Shown here piece by piece: positions 18,670 to 28,096 of a stretch of 64,000 bases of DNA. A program made the translations under genes and the position numbers. The stretch comes from a virus. The DNA is taken from IMG/VR virus record IMGVR_UViG_3300030099_005838. One strand, written 5' to 3'. The first letter of the stretch is position 1, and each line of letters opens with the position of its first letter. The notes beneath the pieces were generated by a model that did not search any database, was not told the DNA's origin, and worked only from the letters and a program-made list of their open reading frames with translations.

Positions 18670-18923
18670 AGATGTAATGGACTTATGGTATGTTTGGATG
18701 CCAGTTCTGATAATTATTATAAAATATGTTAAAGGTATAGTGGATAGTTGGAATGATTAAGCTGTGGAATTCAGGTTGGTGGTTAAGATTTCAATTTCGT
18801 CCATTTTGGGTAAAGTTTATGGAATGGAGGATAGGTAGGCAATCTGAAAAGTTTGCAAAGGAATTGAAGAAAAAAAATTACAAACCACGACAACCGTGGG
18901 ATGTAGGGATATGGAGATAGAAT

Positions 18924-19247
18924 GTGGCGTATAATTACTTTAAAGGCATACCAGAGTTACCTGAGTATGCAAGAGAAAAAAGAAAAAGACCACCGATGGT
19001 TGCAGTTGTTGATGAGGATAATTGTACAGGATGTCAAGCCTGTGTTCCTTTTTGTCCTGTGGATTGTATCGAACCAGTCGCTTCTGATAAGTATGAATGG
19101 CCAGTCATTCCACCAGTACAAGTCAGATTTAATGAATGCACTGGATGTCAGGTATGTGCAAGAGTGTGTACCAAGTTTACATGGGATGCTATAAGGATGT
19201 TTAAAACCGATAAATTCGAAGAGTTTTACCAATTTGAGGTAGATTAA
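18924..19247 (+). CDS. 2x[4Fe-4S] ferredoxin-like protein
   Basis: CTGCQACVPFCP and CTGCQVCARVC. Confidence 0.85.
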   Translation: MAYNYFKGIPELPEYAREKRKRPPMVAVVDEDNCTGCQACVPFCPVDCIEPVASDKYEWPVIPPVQVRFNECTGCQVCARVCTKFTWDAIRMFKTDKFEEFYQFEVD

Positions 19248-19543
19248 TGAAATCAAAAGTTATATTATTATTTTTATTTTTTATTGGCTGTAATGATGAA
19301 TCACTAAAGCCCACAACTTATGAAATAAAAGATGAGGTTACCGGAGAAATTTATCTATTACGAAAAAAACCTAAATTGAAAAAGAGTATAGTGTACTGTA
19401 CCAAGAGAAAAGAAAATGTTGTAGTTTGGGTAAATTGGCATGTCAATCAAACTCCTGAATACACTTACAGAGTTGATTCATATAAAAATTACTTAGAAAA
19501 GAATTGGGTTGAACAACATTATGGATATGATATAGCCCCATGA
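19247..19543 (+). CDS. putative lipoprotein
   Basis: MKSKVILLFLFFIG|CNDE. Confidence 0.6.
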   Translation: MKSKVILLFLFFIGCNDESLKPTTYEIKDEVTGEIYLLRKKPKLKKSIVYCTKRKENVVVWVNWHVNQTPEYTYRVDSYKNYLEKNWVEQHYGYDIAP

Positions 19544-20037
19544 AAAAACTAATTTGTTTATTAATATTATTTTGTTGTGATGGAAGGGTAGAAGATACTA
19601 ATGAGGCAAAAGTAATAGTCACCATGCTCAGAGTTAATAGAATAGAAATATTGGATAACCTATGGATAACACCTTATCCATTATGGGGACATTTAGAATC
19701 GGTTCACACGCCTGTTGAAAGATTAGTTGTTCATTGGTGGTGTAACTTGTATTGGGATGAGAATGATTCAAGTGGACATTATAGATTACTACCCAACAGA
19801 AGAACCAAAGCAATATGGTATGATAACTTTGGTAACAGAGATACGATGGATGTAAATGTGGATACTCTTAGATGGATAACAGATAGATATTCTACCGTTG
19901 ATAGTTTAGGATATTTTCACAATACGCTGATGCCAGTTAGGGTAATGCAAGATAAAGGATCAGGTAGTGAGATGAAACTGTATTGGAGTATTGAGAATAC
20001 TTTGATAGATTCTCAAGAAATTTTTTTAATGGATTAA
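19540..20037 (+). CDS. putative lipoprotein, weakly similar to 5844
   Basis: MKKLICLLILFC|CDGR; DSSGHYRL vs DSNGYYRL. Confidence 0.55.
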   Translation: MKKLICLLILFCCDGRVEDTNEAKVIVTMLRVNRIEILDNLWITPYPLWGHLESVHTPVERLVVHWWCNLYWDENDSSGHYRLLPNRRTKAIWYDNFGNRDTMDVNVDTLRWITDRYSTVDSLGYFHNTLMPVRVMQDKGSGSEMKLYWSIENTLIDSQEIFLMD

Positions 20038-20125
20038 CATAGGAGTTAAAAATGACATTAGGATTAGGAATAGCAGCGGCAATATTATTCTTGACATTTT
20101 GGTTGTACAGAGATGATTTGAGGAA

Positions 20126-20365
20126 TTGGTAATGAAAGACTTTCCACAAAAAGAAGCATATATATTATTTGGCGACCAACTGAATAAAATTATGAAGTGT
20201 TTGTATATTCTGAAAAGTAGAAATAACGACATTGATGGTTTATCACGTTTTATCGAACAGCTAGAGACTATGCCATCATACGATGATATGCTTAGTAAGT
20301 TTGAAGATCCAGATGATGATTTAGAAGATCTTTTGAATGGTTTCGGATTAACATTACCAGATTGA
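20126..20365 (+). CDS. hypothetical protein
   Basis: Acidic C-terminus, coupled. Confidence 0.55.
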   Translation: MVMKDFPQKEAYILFGDQLNKIMKCLYILKSRNNDIDGLSRFIEQLETMPSYDDMLSKFEDPDDDLEDLLNGFGLTLPD

Positions 20366-20562
20366 TTATGAAGAAGAAATTAGAACATGAAATAGATTCT
20401 ACAATAGTTGATTTGATAATGGAACATTATAATATACAATCTTTTAGTGGTTTGAAGGAAAACTTAACTGGTAAAGAGTTCGACAAAATAATAGAGGTTG
20501 CAAAAGAAATGTATTATATGGATATGTTGAAGAGTGTTAAACATAACATGCCACGAAGCTGA
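20362..20562 (+). CDS. hypothetical protein
   Basis: Coupled ORF. Confidence 0.55.
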   Translation: MIMKKKLEHEIDSTIVDLIMEHYNIQSFSGLKENLTGKEFDKIIEVAKEMYYMDMLKSVKHNMPRS

Positions 20563-20695
20563 TGTATTATTTACTAAAGATAAAATGGCTTGTTGAAGAT
20601 ATAATTAATTTTGTATATCAGGCTCTACAACTATACTTATATAGTAGACATTTAAAAATGAGAATTGAAAAAAATAACTTTGGGAGAAGAGAGGA

Positions 20696-21175
20696 ATGGT
20701 AAATCTTAATATAAAAATAATAGACGAGTCAGTAAGAAGATACTATGACACAAGTAAAGGTTGGTCACATGTAAGAAAAAGAAAACCTGAAGGCTATAAA
20801 GGTGATGCCGGTTTTGATTTGTATTTTCCCGACCAACATTTAATCTGTGCTCACGAAACTGTATTGATACCATTAGGTATTGCAGGAGAGATGACAGATG
20901 AATATGTACCAATCAGTTACTATGTTACACCAAGAAGTAGCATTTATAAAACACCAATTAGAATGGCTAACTCAATCGGTGTTATGGATAGTGGATATCG
21001 TGGTGAGTATATGGTGCCTGTTGATAATAATTCTGATGAAGATTATATGATTAAACCTGGTGAAAGACTGTTTCAAGTGATTCATCCTTTACTAATACCA
21101 TTCACTACAAAAATAGTCGATAGACTATCAAAATCAGAAAGAGGTGAAGGTGGATTTGGGAGTACCGGTAAATGA
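20696..21175 (+). CDS. dut: trimeric dUTPase
   Basis: AGFDL, PRSS, GVMDSGYRGE, RLFQ, RGEGGFGSTG. Confidence 0.92.
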   Translation: MVNLNIKIIDESVRRYYDTSKGWSHVRKRKPEGYKGDAGFDLYFPDQHLICAHETVLIPLGIAGEMTDEYVPISYYVTPRSSIYKTPIRMANSIGVMDSGYRGEYMVPVDNNSDEDYMIKPGERLFQVIHPLLIPFTTKIVDRLSKSERGEGGFGSTGK

Positions 21176-21325
21176 GTAATGAAGTACTTGCAATAATCAT
21201 AGCCATAATAATTATGGTGCCGACAATATTGTTTTACGAACTTATTATAGTTAGAAACTATGCTGATAAGTTTTTACCACCAACGATATTGAGTTTGTTC
21301 TCAAATGGAAACCCAAGAAACTTAG

Positions 21326-21586
21326 ATGAGAAAAAGAAGAATGGATAACCAACTACAAGAATTACTAACAATCACTATGGAAGAGTGTGGTGAATTAATT
21401 CAAGCATGTAGTAAAGCCATACGATGTGATGATTATCATATGAATGAAAAGCTCATTGAAGAGATTGGTGATGTTATGTGTATGATTGAATTATTACAAC
21501 AATATGATTTGGTCTCTTATCAAGAAATAGATGAGAGAGTAATAGAGAAAAGAAAGAAACTAGAAAAATGGAGTAATTTAATATGA
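21326..21586 (+). CDS. MazG-like NTP pyrophosphohydrolase
   Basis: MEECGELIQACSK..EEIGDV. Confidence 0.75.
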   Translation: MRKRRMDNQLQELLTITMEECGELIQACSKAIRCDDYHMNEKLIEEIGDVMCMIELLQQYDLVSYQEIDERVIEKRKKLEKWSNLI

Positions 21587-22524
21587 ATATAGGTTATGCT
21601 TGTATTAATATGCAATTGTCGTATCCACAAAAGTATGGTGGTAAAGAAAAAGGTGTGAAGCCAATCACTACGGGCCGTAGCATGATTAAACGAACTTTTG
21701 AGTCTAAGGGTTTAGATTATGCTAATGAACTTACTTTGGCTAATGTTATGGATTTGAACAGAATTATTGATTGGAACATACTTAATGGTTACAAATTTTT
21801 CCGTATGACATCAGGTCTTGCACCATGGAAATCGGAATACGAATGGGATGACTTGGAAGATATATCTACAATCAGAACTTACTTACGTTCTGCAGGTATT
21901 AAATGTGAGACTCATAACGTAAGGATTACATCCCATCCTGGTCCTTTCAATGTATTGACTTCCCCACATGAACACGTTGTAGAAAATTGTATTTCCGATT
22001 TAACCGATCATGGAGATACTTTTGATATGATGAATCTGAGTCGTACACCCTACAACAAAATTAACATTCACATTGGTGGAGCATATGGAGATAAACCAAA
22101 ATCAATGGAAAGATTCTGTAAGAACTTCGAAAGGTTACCAGAATCAGTTCAGAGTAGGTTAACAGTTGAGAATGACGACAAAGCATCAATGTATTCAGTA
22201 AAGGAGTTATATGATGGAATATATAAACGTATCGGTATTCCTATTGTTTTCGATTATCATCACCACAAGTTCTGTACAGGTGACTTATCAGAAAAACAAG
22301 CTTTGGAGTTGGCTTGTTCTACTTGGCCCAAAGGTATTACACCAGTTGTCCACTATAGCGAAAGTCGGAGTAAGGAACGACTTGACGAATCAATTAGACC
22401 CCAAGCACATTCTGATTATGTTTACGAGTATATTGATACTTATGGTAATGATGTTGATATTATGATTGAAGCAAAACACAAAGAGTTAGCTGTTCAGAGA
22501 TACAAAGAGTTACATTTAAACTAA
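21583..22524 (+). CDS. uvsE: UV damage endonuclease
   Basis: GYACIN, SHPGPFNVL, VENDD, VFDYHHH, HYSE, MIEAKHKE. Confidence 0.92.
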   Translation: MNIGYACINMQLSYPQKYGGKEKGVKPITTGRSMIKRTFESKGLDYANELTLANVMDLNRIIDWNILNGYKFFRMTSGLAPWKSEYEWDDLEDISTIRTYLRSAGIKCETHNVRITSHPGPFNVLTSPHEHVVENCISDLTDHGDTFDMMNLSRTPYNKINIHIGGAYGDKPKSMERFCKNFERLPESVQSRLTVENDDKASMYSVKELYDGIYKRIGIPIVFDYHHHKFCTGDLSEKQALELACSTWPKGITPVVHYSESRSKERLDESIRPQAHSDYVYEYIDTYGNDVDIMIEAKHKELAVQRYKELHLN

Positions 22525-22542
22525 TAATTTTTCAGTTTCTTC

Positions 22543-22557
22543 ATATTTATAATTGTA
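22543..22557 (+). promoter_or_regulatory. putative late promoter motif
   Basis: ATATTTATAATTGTA, identical at 29402-29416. Confidence 0.55.
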
Positions 22558-22564
22558 TAGATTT

Positions 22565-23800
22565 ATGGAGATTACTGTGACCAAAAATGAATTTAGAAAT
22601 TTAGTTGTATCTGAACTGAGAGATTATTTAGAAGCTAAAATGAGTTCAGAAGAAACTAAAGTCCTACAGTTTCTAATCAAGCATGGTGCCAACCCAAAAG
22701 AAGCAGAAAAAGATGTAAAGAAACATTTCAAAAATGCTAAAAGAATTTGGAAGGGTTCTACCCCAGCAAAACTTGCAAATAAAATCTCCTTTTTGGCCGC
22801 CAACGAATCCATTACAGAATCTCACCATGATAGAAAGGAAGGTAAGATGGCTAAGTATGATGCCAAAGAAATAGCAGAAGATTCACTTGCAGTCTTCAAA
22901 ATGATAGATAAAGATATGGACTTACCCGAATGGTTAGAAGCTAAGATTACAAAGTCGGCTGACTATATGAACTCAGTAAAAGACTATCTAACCCACCATA
23001 TGAAAAGTGATGATAATGAGAATCAGTCTCAAAACGAAGATATGAAAAATACCTATAATATGATGAAGTCTGTTCGTAAAGGACCTAAAGTCGGACCTTG
23101 GGATATCATTGTAAGTAAAAATAACAAAGTAGTAAAAAGAGTACTTGTAAAAAATCTAAAAGAGATACCAGCGGAAATGTCTGATTTGAGAGATAAGTAC
23201 CCAAACCATGTTATCGGTATAGAATCTAAAGCAGGTAAGATAGTTTACAGAGAAGGAACCTGTGGTTATGGAGTAGATGGTAAGTTAGGTGAAGAACCAG
23301 CAGGCCCACATTTATTAAATAAAAGAAGATTACTAAAGTCTAAGAAGTTTGATTTAGATGAGGCTTGTCAAAAAGGATATATGACACATCCAACACGTAA
23401 GACTAAGATTATGTTTGGTAAGAGATATAGGAATTGTGTTAAGAAAGAAGGAGTTGATACTACAGTTACCTTAGAACAGCTAGAACAAATTGCAGATAAT
23501 ATTTGTGTAAATTGTGGCGACTTTACAAATGAAAATTTAAGAAAGTGGTTCAAACAGAAATGGGTGAATATCGGAAAGAAAAAGAAGGGTGGTGGGCATC
23601 CACCGTGCGGTACAAGTGGAAAGAAAAGAGGATATGCTAAATGTGTACCAGCAGCAAAAGCTGCTCGTATGACTAAGAAACAAAAAGCAAGTGCTACCCG
23701 TAGAAAAAGAGCGGCACAGAATAAAGCAAATAGAGGTGGTAAACAATCGGCTGGACAGGGTAAGAAACCGATATACGTTTCTACAAAACCGAAGAAATAA
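22565..23800 (+). CDS. mosaic putative internal head (poly)protein
   Basis: Leader KNEFRNLVVSELRDYLE; short basic Cys-containing modules separated by xxE linkers. Confidence 0.55.
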   Translation: MEITVTKNEFRNLVVSELRDYLEAKMSSEETKVLQFLIKHGANPKEAEKDVKKHFKNAKRIWKGSTPAKLANKISFLAANESITESHHDRKEGKMAKYDAKEIAEDSLAVFKMIDKDMDLPEWLEAKITKSADYMNSVKDYLTHHMKSDDNENQSQNEDMKNTYNMMKSVRKGPKVGPWDIIVSKNNKVVKRVLVKNLKEIPAEMSDLRDKYPNHVIGIESKAGKIVYREGTCGYGVDGKLGEEPAGPHLLNKRRLLKSKKFDLDEACQKGYMTHPTRKTKIMFGKRYRNCVKKEGVDTTVTLEQLEQIADNICVNCGDFTNENLRKWFKQKWVNIGKKKKGGGHPPCGTSGKKRGYAKCVPAAKAARMTKKQKASATRRKRAAQNKANRGGKQSAGQGKKPIYVSTKPKK

Positions 23801-23801
23801 A

Positions 23802-24245
23802 ATGATTAAATTAAAAGACTTATTATACGAACAAGAGGTTGATAAAGATTCATCACATAAAATACCCGATCATTTTGGTAGTGGAAAAGAGATAACCGTA
23901 AAAGGTTATAAAACTAATCATTTTGATATATGTGCATCCGCCGTTGAACTATTCACCAAATTGGATAAAGTTGAAGATGAGGAAGCAACAGAATACATAA
24001 TCGAGGCAGCTAAGGGTATGGACCATATATTTGAGATGGAAAAAGCTGTGGTGAGAAAGGAAGCATTAAATCACGACCCAATCAAGCATGGTATAGAATT
24101 AACAAATACGGTTTCGTTTCAGTTAGGTTATGTAGCAAAAATCACAGGTGAAGATTTTATGAAGGAAACTTTATTTATACCAGCCCATATAATGGTAATG
24201 ATTGAGAGACAGGATACTATAAAAATAGAGAAAGAAAATGATTAA
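23802..24245 (+). CDS. MIKLK-leader protein
   Basis: MIKLKDLLYE at ATG 23802 (track start 23691 overlaps upstream gene). Confidence 0.7.
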   Translation: MIKLKDLLYEQEVDKDSSHKIPDHFGSGKEITVKGYKTNHFDICASAVELFTKLDKVEDEEATEYIIEAAKGMDHIFEMEKAVVRKEALNHDPIKHGIELTNTVSFQLGYVAKITGEDFMKETLFIPAHIMVMIERQDTIKIEKEND

Positions 24246-24741
24246 ATTAAAAAGTTTATTAGTAGAACAGCCTATCGTAGAGGAAGCCGGTGTCTTCAAA
24301 AACAAAGATGCTGATAAGTATCTAAAAGAACTTTTGGATATGTTGGGTGAGGAGACTTATAAAAGTGATAAGGAGTATGGTTGGTATGATGTTACACTCA
24401 AAGATCCATACTATGTAAAAAAATTGGACAAGGTGTATATAATAGATGAGTCAATACCACATTCGTTTCCAGCAGACCATAGGGATTTCTGTTACTCACA
24501 GTATACCGTACCTGAGTGGAAACCGAAGGATGGACAACATACAATAGACACTCAGTTATTTGAGGACTTTGCCAAAGTAACAGGTTCGATAATTATAGAT
24601 GGGCTGAAGGGAACTGTTACGGCAAGGTGTGGTGATTTGGTGGCAAATGATGTCACAATAAATTTTGTTCTTGATGTAGTCAAAGGAAAGATTGATGCTT
24701 CAAGAGATGAGTATAAAAAGAGAATATTAGCAACGAGGTAA
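24238..24741 (+). CDS. MIKLK-leader protein
   Basis: MIKLKSLLVE. Confidence 0.7.
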   Translation: MIKLKSLLVEQPIVEEAGVFKNKDADKYLKELLDMLGEETYKSDKEYGWYDVTLKDPYYVKKLDKVYIIDESIPHSFPADHRDFCYSQYTVPEWKPKDGQHTIDTQLFEDFAKVTGSIIIDGLKGTVTARCGDLVANDVTINFVLDVVKGKIDASRDEYKKRILATR

Positions 24742-24743
24742 TT

Positions 24744-25052
24744 ATGGATAAATATAATAAATCAGTACAACATCAATGATTCCACCATGCTACTTGGGGG
24801 GACTCCAAGTATAAAAAAGAAGGTGTGGGAAAAGTAATGTGGCATTCACTCACAGAAGATGGACAAGTAGAAGTGGTGAATATACAATTTGGAAAAAACT
24901 TTTATGAGAATGTAAGTGTGAAACATTTAAAACCTATCAAAATGGAAGCACATGGACATCCTGCAGAAAAAGAAAAGAAGGTGAAGAAAAAGCCTAATAA
25001 TGAAGTAAAGGAAATTGTAATCAATGGAACTAAGTACCGCCCGGTTAAATGA
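24744..25052 (+). pseudogene. interrupted or recoded ORF
   Basis: GAGG SD, ATG 24744, in-frame TGA at 24777-79, frame continues into track ORF 24825. Confidence 0.45.
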
Positions 25053-26655
25053 AAAATGGAGCAAGAAATACAAAAAGAGTATTGATTGTAATAACCCAAA
25101 AGGATTTAGTCAGAAAGCACATTGTGCTGGAAGAAAGAAGAAGGAGAATGTAATGAGTTCAAAGTTAGAAGAGTTGGTAGGTAAAAGACTTACAGAGGAA
25201 CAGTTCGATGAAGCTGCAGGTAAGAAGGATGCTTGTTACTATAAGGTAAAGGCTCGTTACGATGTATGGCCTTCGGCATATGCAAGTGGAGCACTTGTAA
25301 AGTGTCGTAAGGTTGGTGCAAAGAATTGGGGTAATTCAAAGAAAGAAGGTGTGAATGAAGCTAGTATGGAATTAAACAAACTCAAAGACGCAATCAAAAT
25401 GTTTCAAAAGAAAATTGAGAAGCAAGGTAGAGTTACTAATGCAAGAGATGAAGAACACCTATCCAACTTAATTAAACTTTACAAGCAAATGGGTGGTAAA
25501 GGTGTAAAAGAAGGTGTCAATGAACAGAGTTGGCATAAAGATTTCAAAGGATATAGTGATAAAGAACTAAAAGTTATTTCTAAATTTATTATGTTGAATG
25601 ATAAAGGTATTGATGGTGTTATCAAAATGTCTAAGAAAAAAGATTTTAAACCTTTGATAAAAAAAATGGCACAGAAAGGATTACACGAAGGTTTAGATGA
25701 TTTGAAAGCCTTACCAAAAGATTTGAAGAAAAGTATTAAAAAGAATAGGGAAGAAAATGTAAATGAAGCTAGAGACCCTATTATAGATAAGATGGATAGA
25801 AAAACAAAAATCACCTTTTCTAAAAGTTTGAGTCCAAGACTAAATCACTTAAAAGGTAAGACACTTACAGTTGTTAAAAAAGGTATTAATCTTTTCAACG
25901 TATTACCTGATGGAGCTAAGTATAATCCAGCAAATGTCAGAACGATAGAAGCACCAGTGCTTTTGAGAATGATGAAGAATAGAGCCATAACAAAAATTAT
26001 TGATGGTAAAGGTAAGGTTCTTCATAATGTCAAAGAAGGTGTAATCAAAGAAAATCCAGCGGCAATAGCAGCTGCACAAAGAATGGTTGTACAGAATAAG
26101 TCAGGTAATAAGATATCTGTAAATACTGCACGTCAATCTTCTTATGCACAAAAAGACCCTTCTACTCATAAGAAAGCCAAAAGTATGTTTCAGAGAATCA
26201 AAGATAAATTTAAAAAGAAAGAATCCGTAGATGAAGCCAGAGGAACTTGTTGGGTAGGATACCAACAAAAAGGTATGAAGGAAAAGAATGGTAGAATGGT
26301 GCCTAATTGTGTAAAAGAAATCTATGAAATTTATTATGAAGAAAATGGAGAAGGGCACGGATACACATTTGAACATATTAAGGAAAATGATTTAAATGAA
26401 GCTGAATACCAAGGTAGAAAGGTAAAGTTAGGAAAGATAATGCAGGGTGATGTAAAGAAGTTCAAAGTGTATGTAAAAAATCCTAAAGGTAATGTAGTTA
26501 AGGTTAACTTCGGACAAGGTGGTGGTGCTAAAGGTGGAACTATGAGAATCAGAAAATCCAATCCTAAGGCAAGAGCTAATTTTAGAGCAAGACATAATTG
26601 TGATAACCCAGGGCCAAGACATAAGGCCAGATATTGGAGCTGTAGAAAATGGTAA
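25024..26655 (+). CDS. polyprotein of small basic modules, putative internal head protein
   Basis: Repeated KEGVNE/EENVNE/KESVDE/ENDLNE linkers. Confidence 0.65.
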   Translation: MELSTARLNEKWSKKYKKSIDCNNPKGFSQKAHCAGRKKKENVMSSKLEELVGKRLTEEQFDEAAGKKDACYYKVKARYDVWPSAYASGALVKCRKVGAKNWGNSKKEGVNEASMELNKLKDAIKMFQKKIEKQGRVTNARDEEHLSNLIKLYKQMGGKGVKEGVNEQSWHKDFKGYSDKELKVISKFIMLNDKGIDGVIKMSKKKDFKPLIKKMAQKGLHEGLDDLKALPKDLKKSIKKNREENVNEARDPIIDKMDRKTKITFSKSLSPRLNHLKGKTLTVVKKGINLFNVLPDGAKYNPANVRTIEAPVLLRMMKNRAITKIIDGKGKVLHNVKEGVIKENPAAIAAAQRMVVQNKSGNKISVNTARQSSYAQKDPSTHKKAKSMFQRIKDKFKKKESVDEARGTCWVGYQQKGMKEKNGRMVPNCVKEIYEIYYEENGEGHGYTFEHIKENDLNEAEYQGRKVKLGKIMQGDVKKFKVYVKNPKGNVVKVNFGQGGGAKGGTMRIRKSNPKARANFRARHNCDNPGPRHKARYWSCRKW

Positions 26656-26918
26656 AGTTAAAAGAATTAATCGAAGAAGAATTATTAAACGAAGCATCTA
26701 ATGTAAAAGGTAAGATGATGACTCTACTAAAAAAAGATTTTAAAATCGTACATGATGGTTTTGTCGGTAATGTAATTGACTCGCCTGATTTAACTGATGA
26801 GGAAAAATATCAAGCATTTGGTAAGTTTAGAAAAATGATGGATACGGCTCGTTCTAATTATGTGAGTGCAGTGATGAAAGCAACTAAACCATTTGATAAA
26901 AAATTGACTGGAAGGTAA
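26649..26918 (+). CDS. MIKLK-leader protein
   Basis: MVKLKELIEEELLNE. Confidence 0.7.
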   Translation: MVKLKELIEEELLNEASNVKGKMMTLLKKDFKIVHDGFVGNVIDSPDLTDEEKYQAFGKFRKMMDTARSNYVSAVMKATKPFDKKLTGR

Positions 26919-27391
26919 TGATTAAACTGAAAGAACTACTAAAAGAAGCACCTCAGATTAAGAAGGTAAAAAATGTTTCCGTACAATACTTTGGTGCAGA
27001 GTATGCTGGTGAGATGGCTTTCTCAGGATACTTTAGAAAGGCATGGTTGTACGAAAAAGATAATGGTGAATGGTTTGCTATAGTGATTACCAAAAATAAG
27101 AATAGGTATCAGATTGAATTAGGCAAACACAAAAATAAATTAAGTGCGGATAAGGCAGCAGAAAAAATCATTAAAAGAAATCTTAACAAATTTGAATCCG
27201 TAAATGAAAAGATGAATCCAAGAAGATACTCTGAGATAAAAGGACAGGCTAGGTATCTTGCTATGGAAATGAAATCTTTAAACAAAGCTATCAGAACTCA
27301 AAATGATAAAGATTTAGTAGATAGTATAGATTACATATTAGGTAAAGCAAAAATGATGAAAGAAATTTTAACGGATAAGAGATATGATTAA
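26918..27391 (+). CDS. MIKLK-leader two-module protein
   Basis: MIKLKELLKE; internal ESVNE linker. Confidence 0.7.
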   Translation: MIKLKELLKEAPQIKKVKNVSVQYFGAEYAGEMAFSGYFRKAWLYEKDNGEWFAIVITKNKNRYQIELGKHKNKLSADKAAEKIIKRNLNKFESVNEKMNPRRYSEIKGQARYLAMEMKSLNKAIRTQNDKDLVDSIDYILGKAKMMKEILTDKRYD

Positions 27392-27758
27392 ACTAAAAGA
27401 CTTATTATTAGAAAAGAAATTAACTGATAAAGACATCAATGTTGGTGACGCATATCATAGAAAGACGCATGTTGGTTATGTGGTTAATTTTGTATATGGT
27501 AAAAATAGTTATGGTAGTTGGACAACAATAGAATATCAATTTAAACCACAATACGGAAACCCAGAATTTATGGGAGTAGGCTTTGGATCTGCTGAGGCTA
27601 TTAATGGATGGGGTAAATGGCCAAAGGTTAAAGTTACTTCTAAAATGAAAAAGGAAATGATTAAGACTTTGCAAGATAAGAATTCAGAAGAGGTGGATGT
27701 ATTAAAAAGAAATGATTTACGATTATCCAATGTATTGAGTTGGGTTAAGAGATTATAA
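27384..27758 (+). CDS. MIKLK-leader protein
   Basis: MIKLKDLLLE. Confidence 0.7.
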   Translation: MIKLKDLLLEKKLTDKDINVGDAYHRKTHVGYVVNFVYGKNSYGSWTTIEYQFKPQYGNPEFMGVGFGSAEAINGWGKWPKVKVTSKMKKEMIKTLQDKNSEEVDVLKRNDLRLSNVLSWVKRL

Positions 27759-27782
27759 TAAAATCACAGCACGACATAGATA

Positions 27783-28022
27783 GTGGACTCAAAAATAAAG
27801 GATAAGTTAATATCCCTCAAAAGTAAAGGACCTGTAAAAGGTTTACCAGAAGATGTAGCTAAGGCCGTAGATACATTTATAAAACAAGCAATAATAGTTG
27901 GAGAGTATGAATTAGATTACCTACCACATCAGTATGTAGAAAATCTTTTGAAAACCTTATCCAAATATCCTGAGTATAATGTTTTAACGCTTCAACTAAT
28001 AAACATATTAAATAGAGATTAA
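27783..28022 (+). CDS. hypothetical protein
   Basis: GTG start, 79 aa. Confidence 0.5.
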   Translation: MDSKIKDKLISLKSKGPVKGLPEDVAKAVDTFIKQAIIVGEYELDYLPHQYVENLLKTLSKYPEYNVLTLQLINILNRD

Positions 28023-28037
28023 ACCATAGTATATATT

Positions 28038-28046
28038 ATATTTATA
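28038..28046 (+). promoter_or_regulatory. putative late promoter motif
   Basis: ATATTTATA upstream of phoH. Confidence 0.5.
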
Positions 28047-28096
28047 GTTAAAGGTAGAACCTCAGTTTTTAACTATAAACATAAGGAGATATCACT

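Noticed and set aside
18922-19194. Alternative + frame ORF
   Set aside because: Shadow of the ferredoxin frame, which has intact Cys motifs
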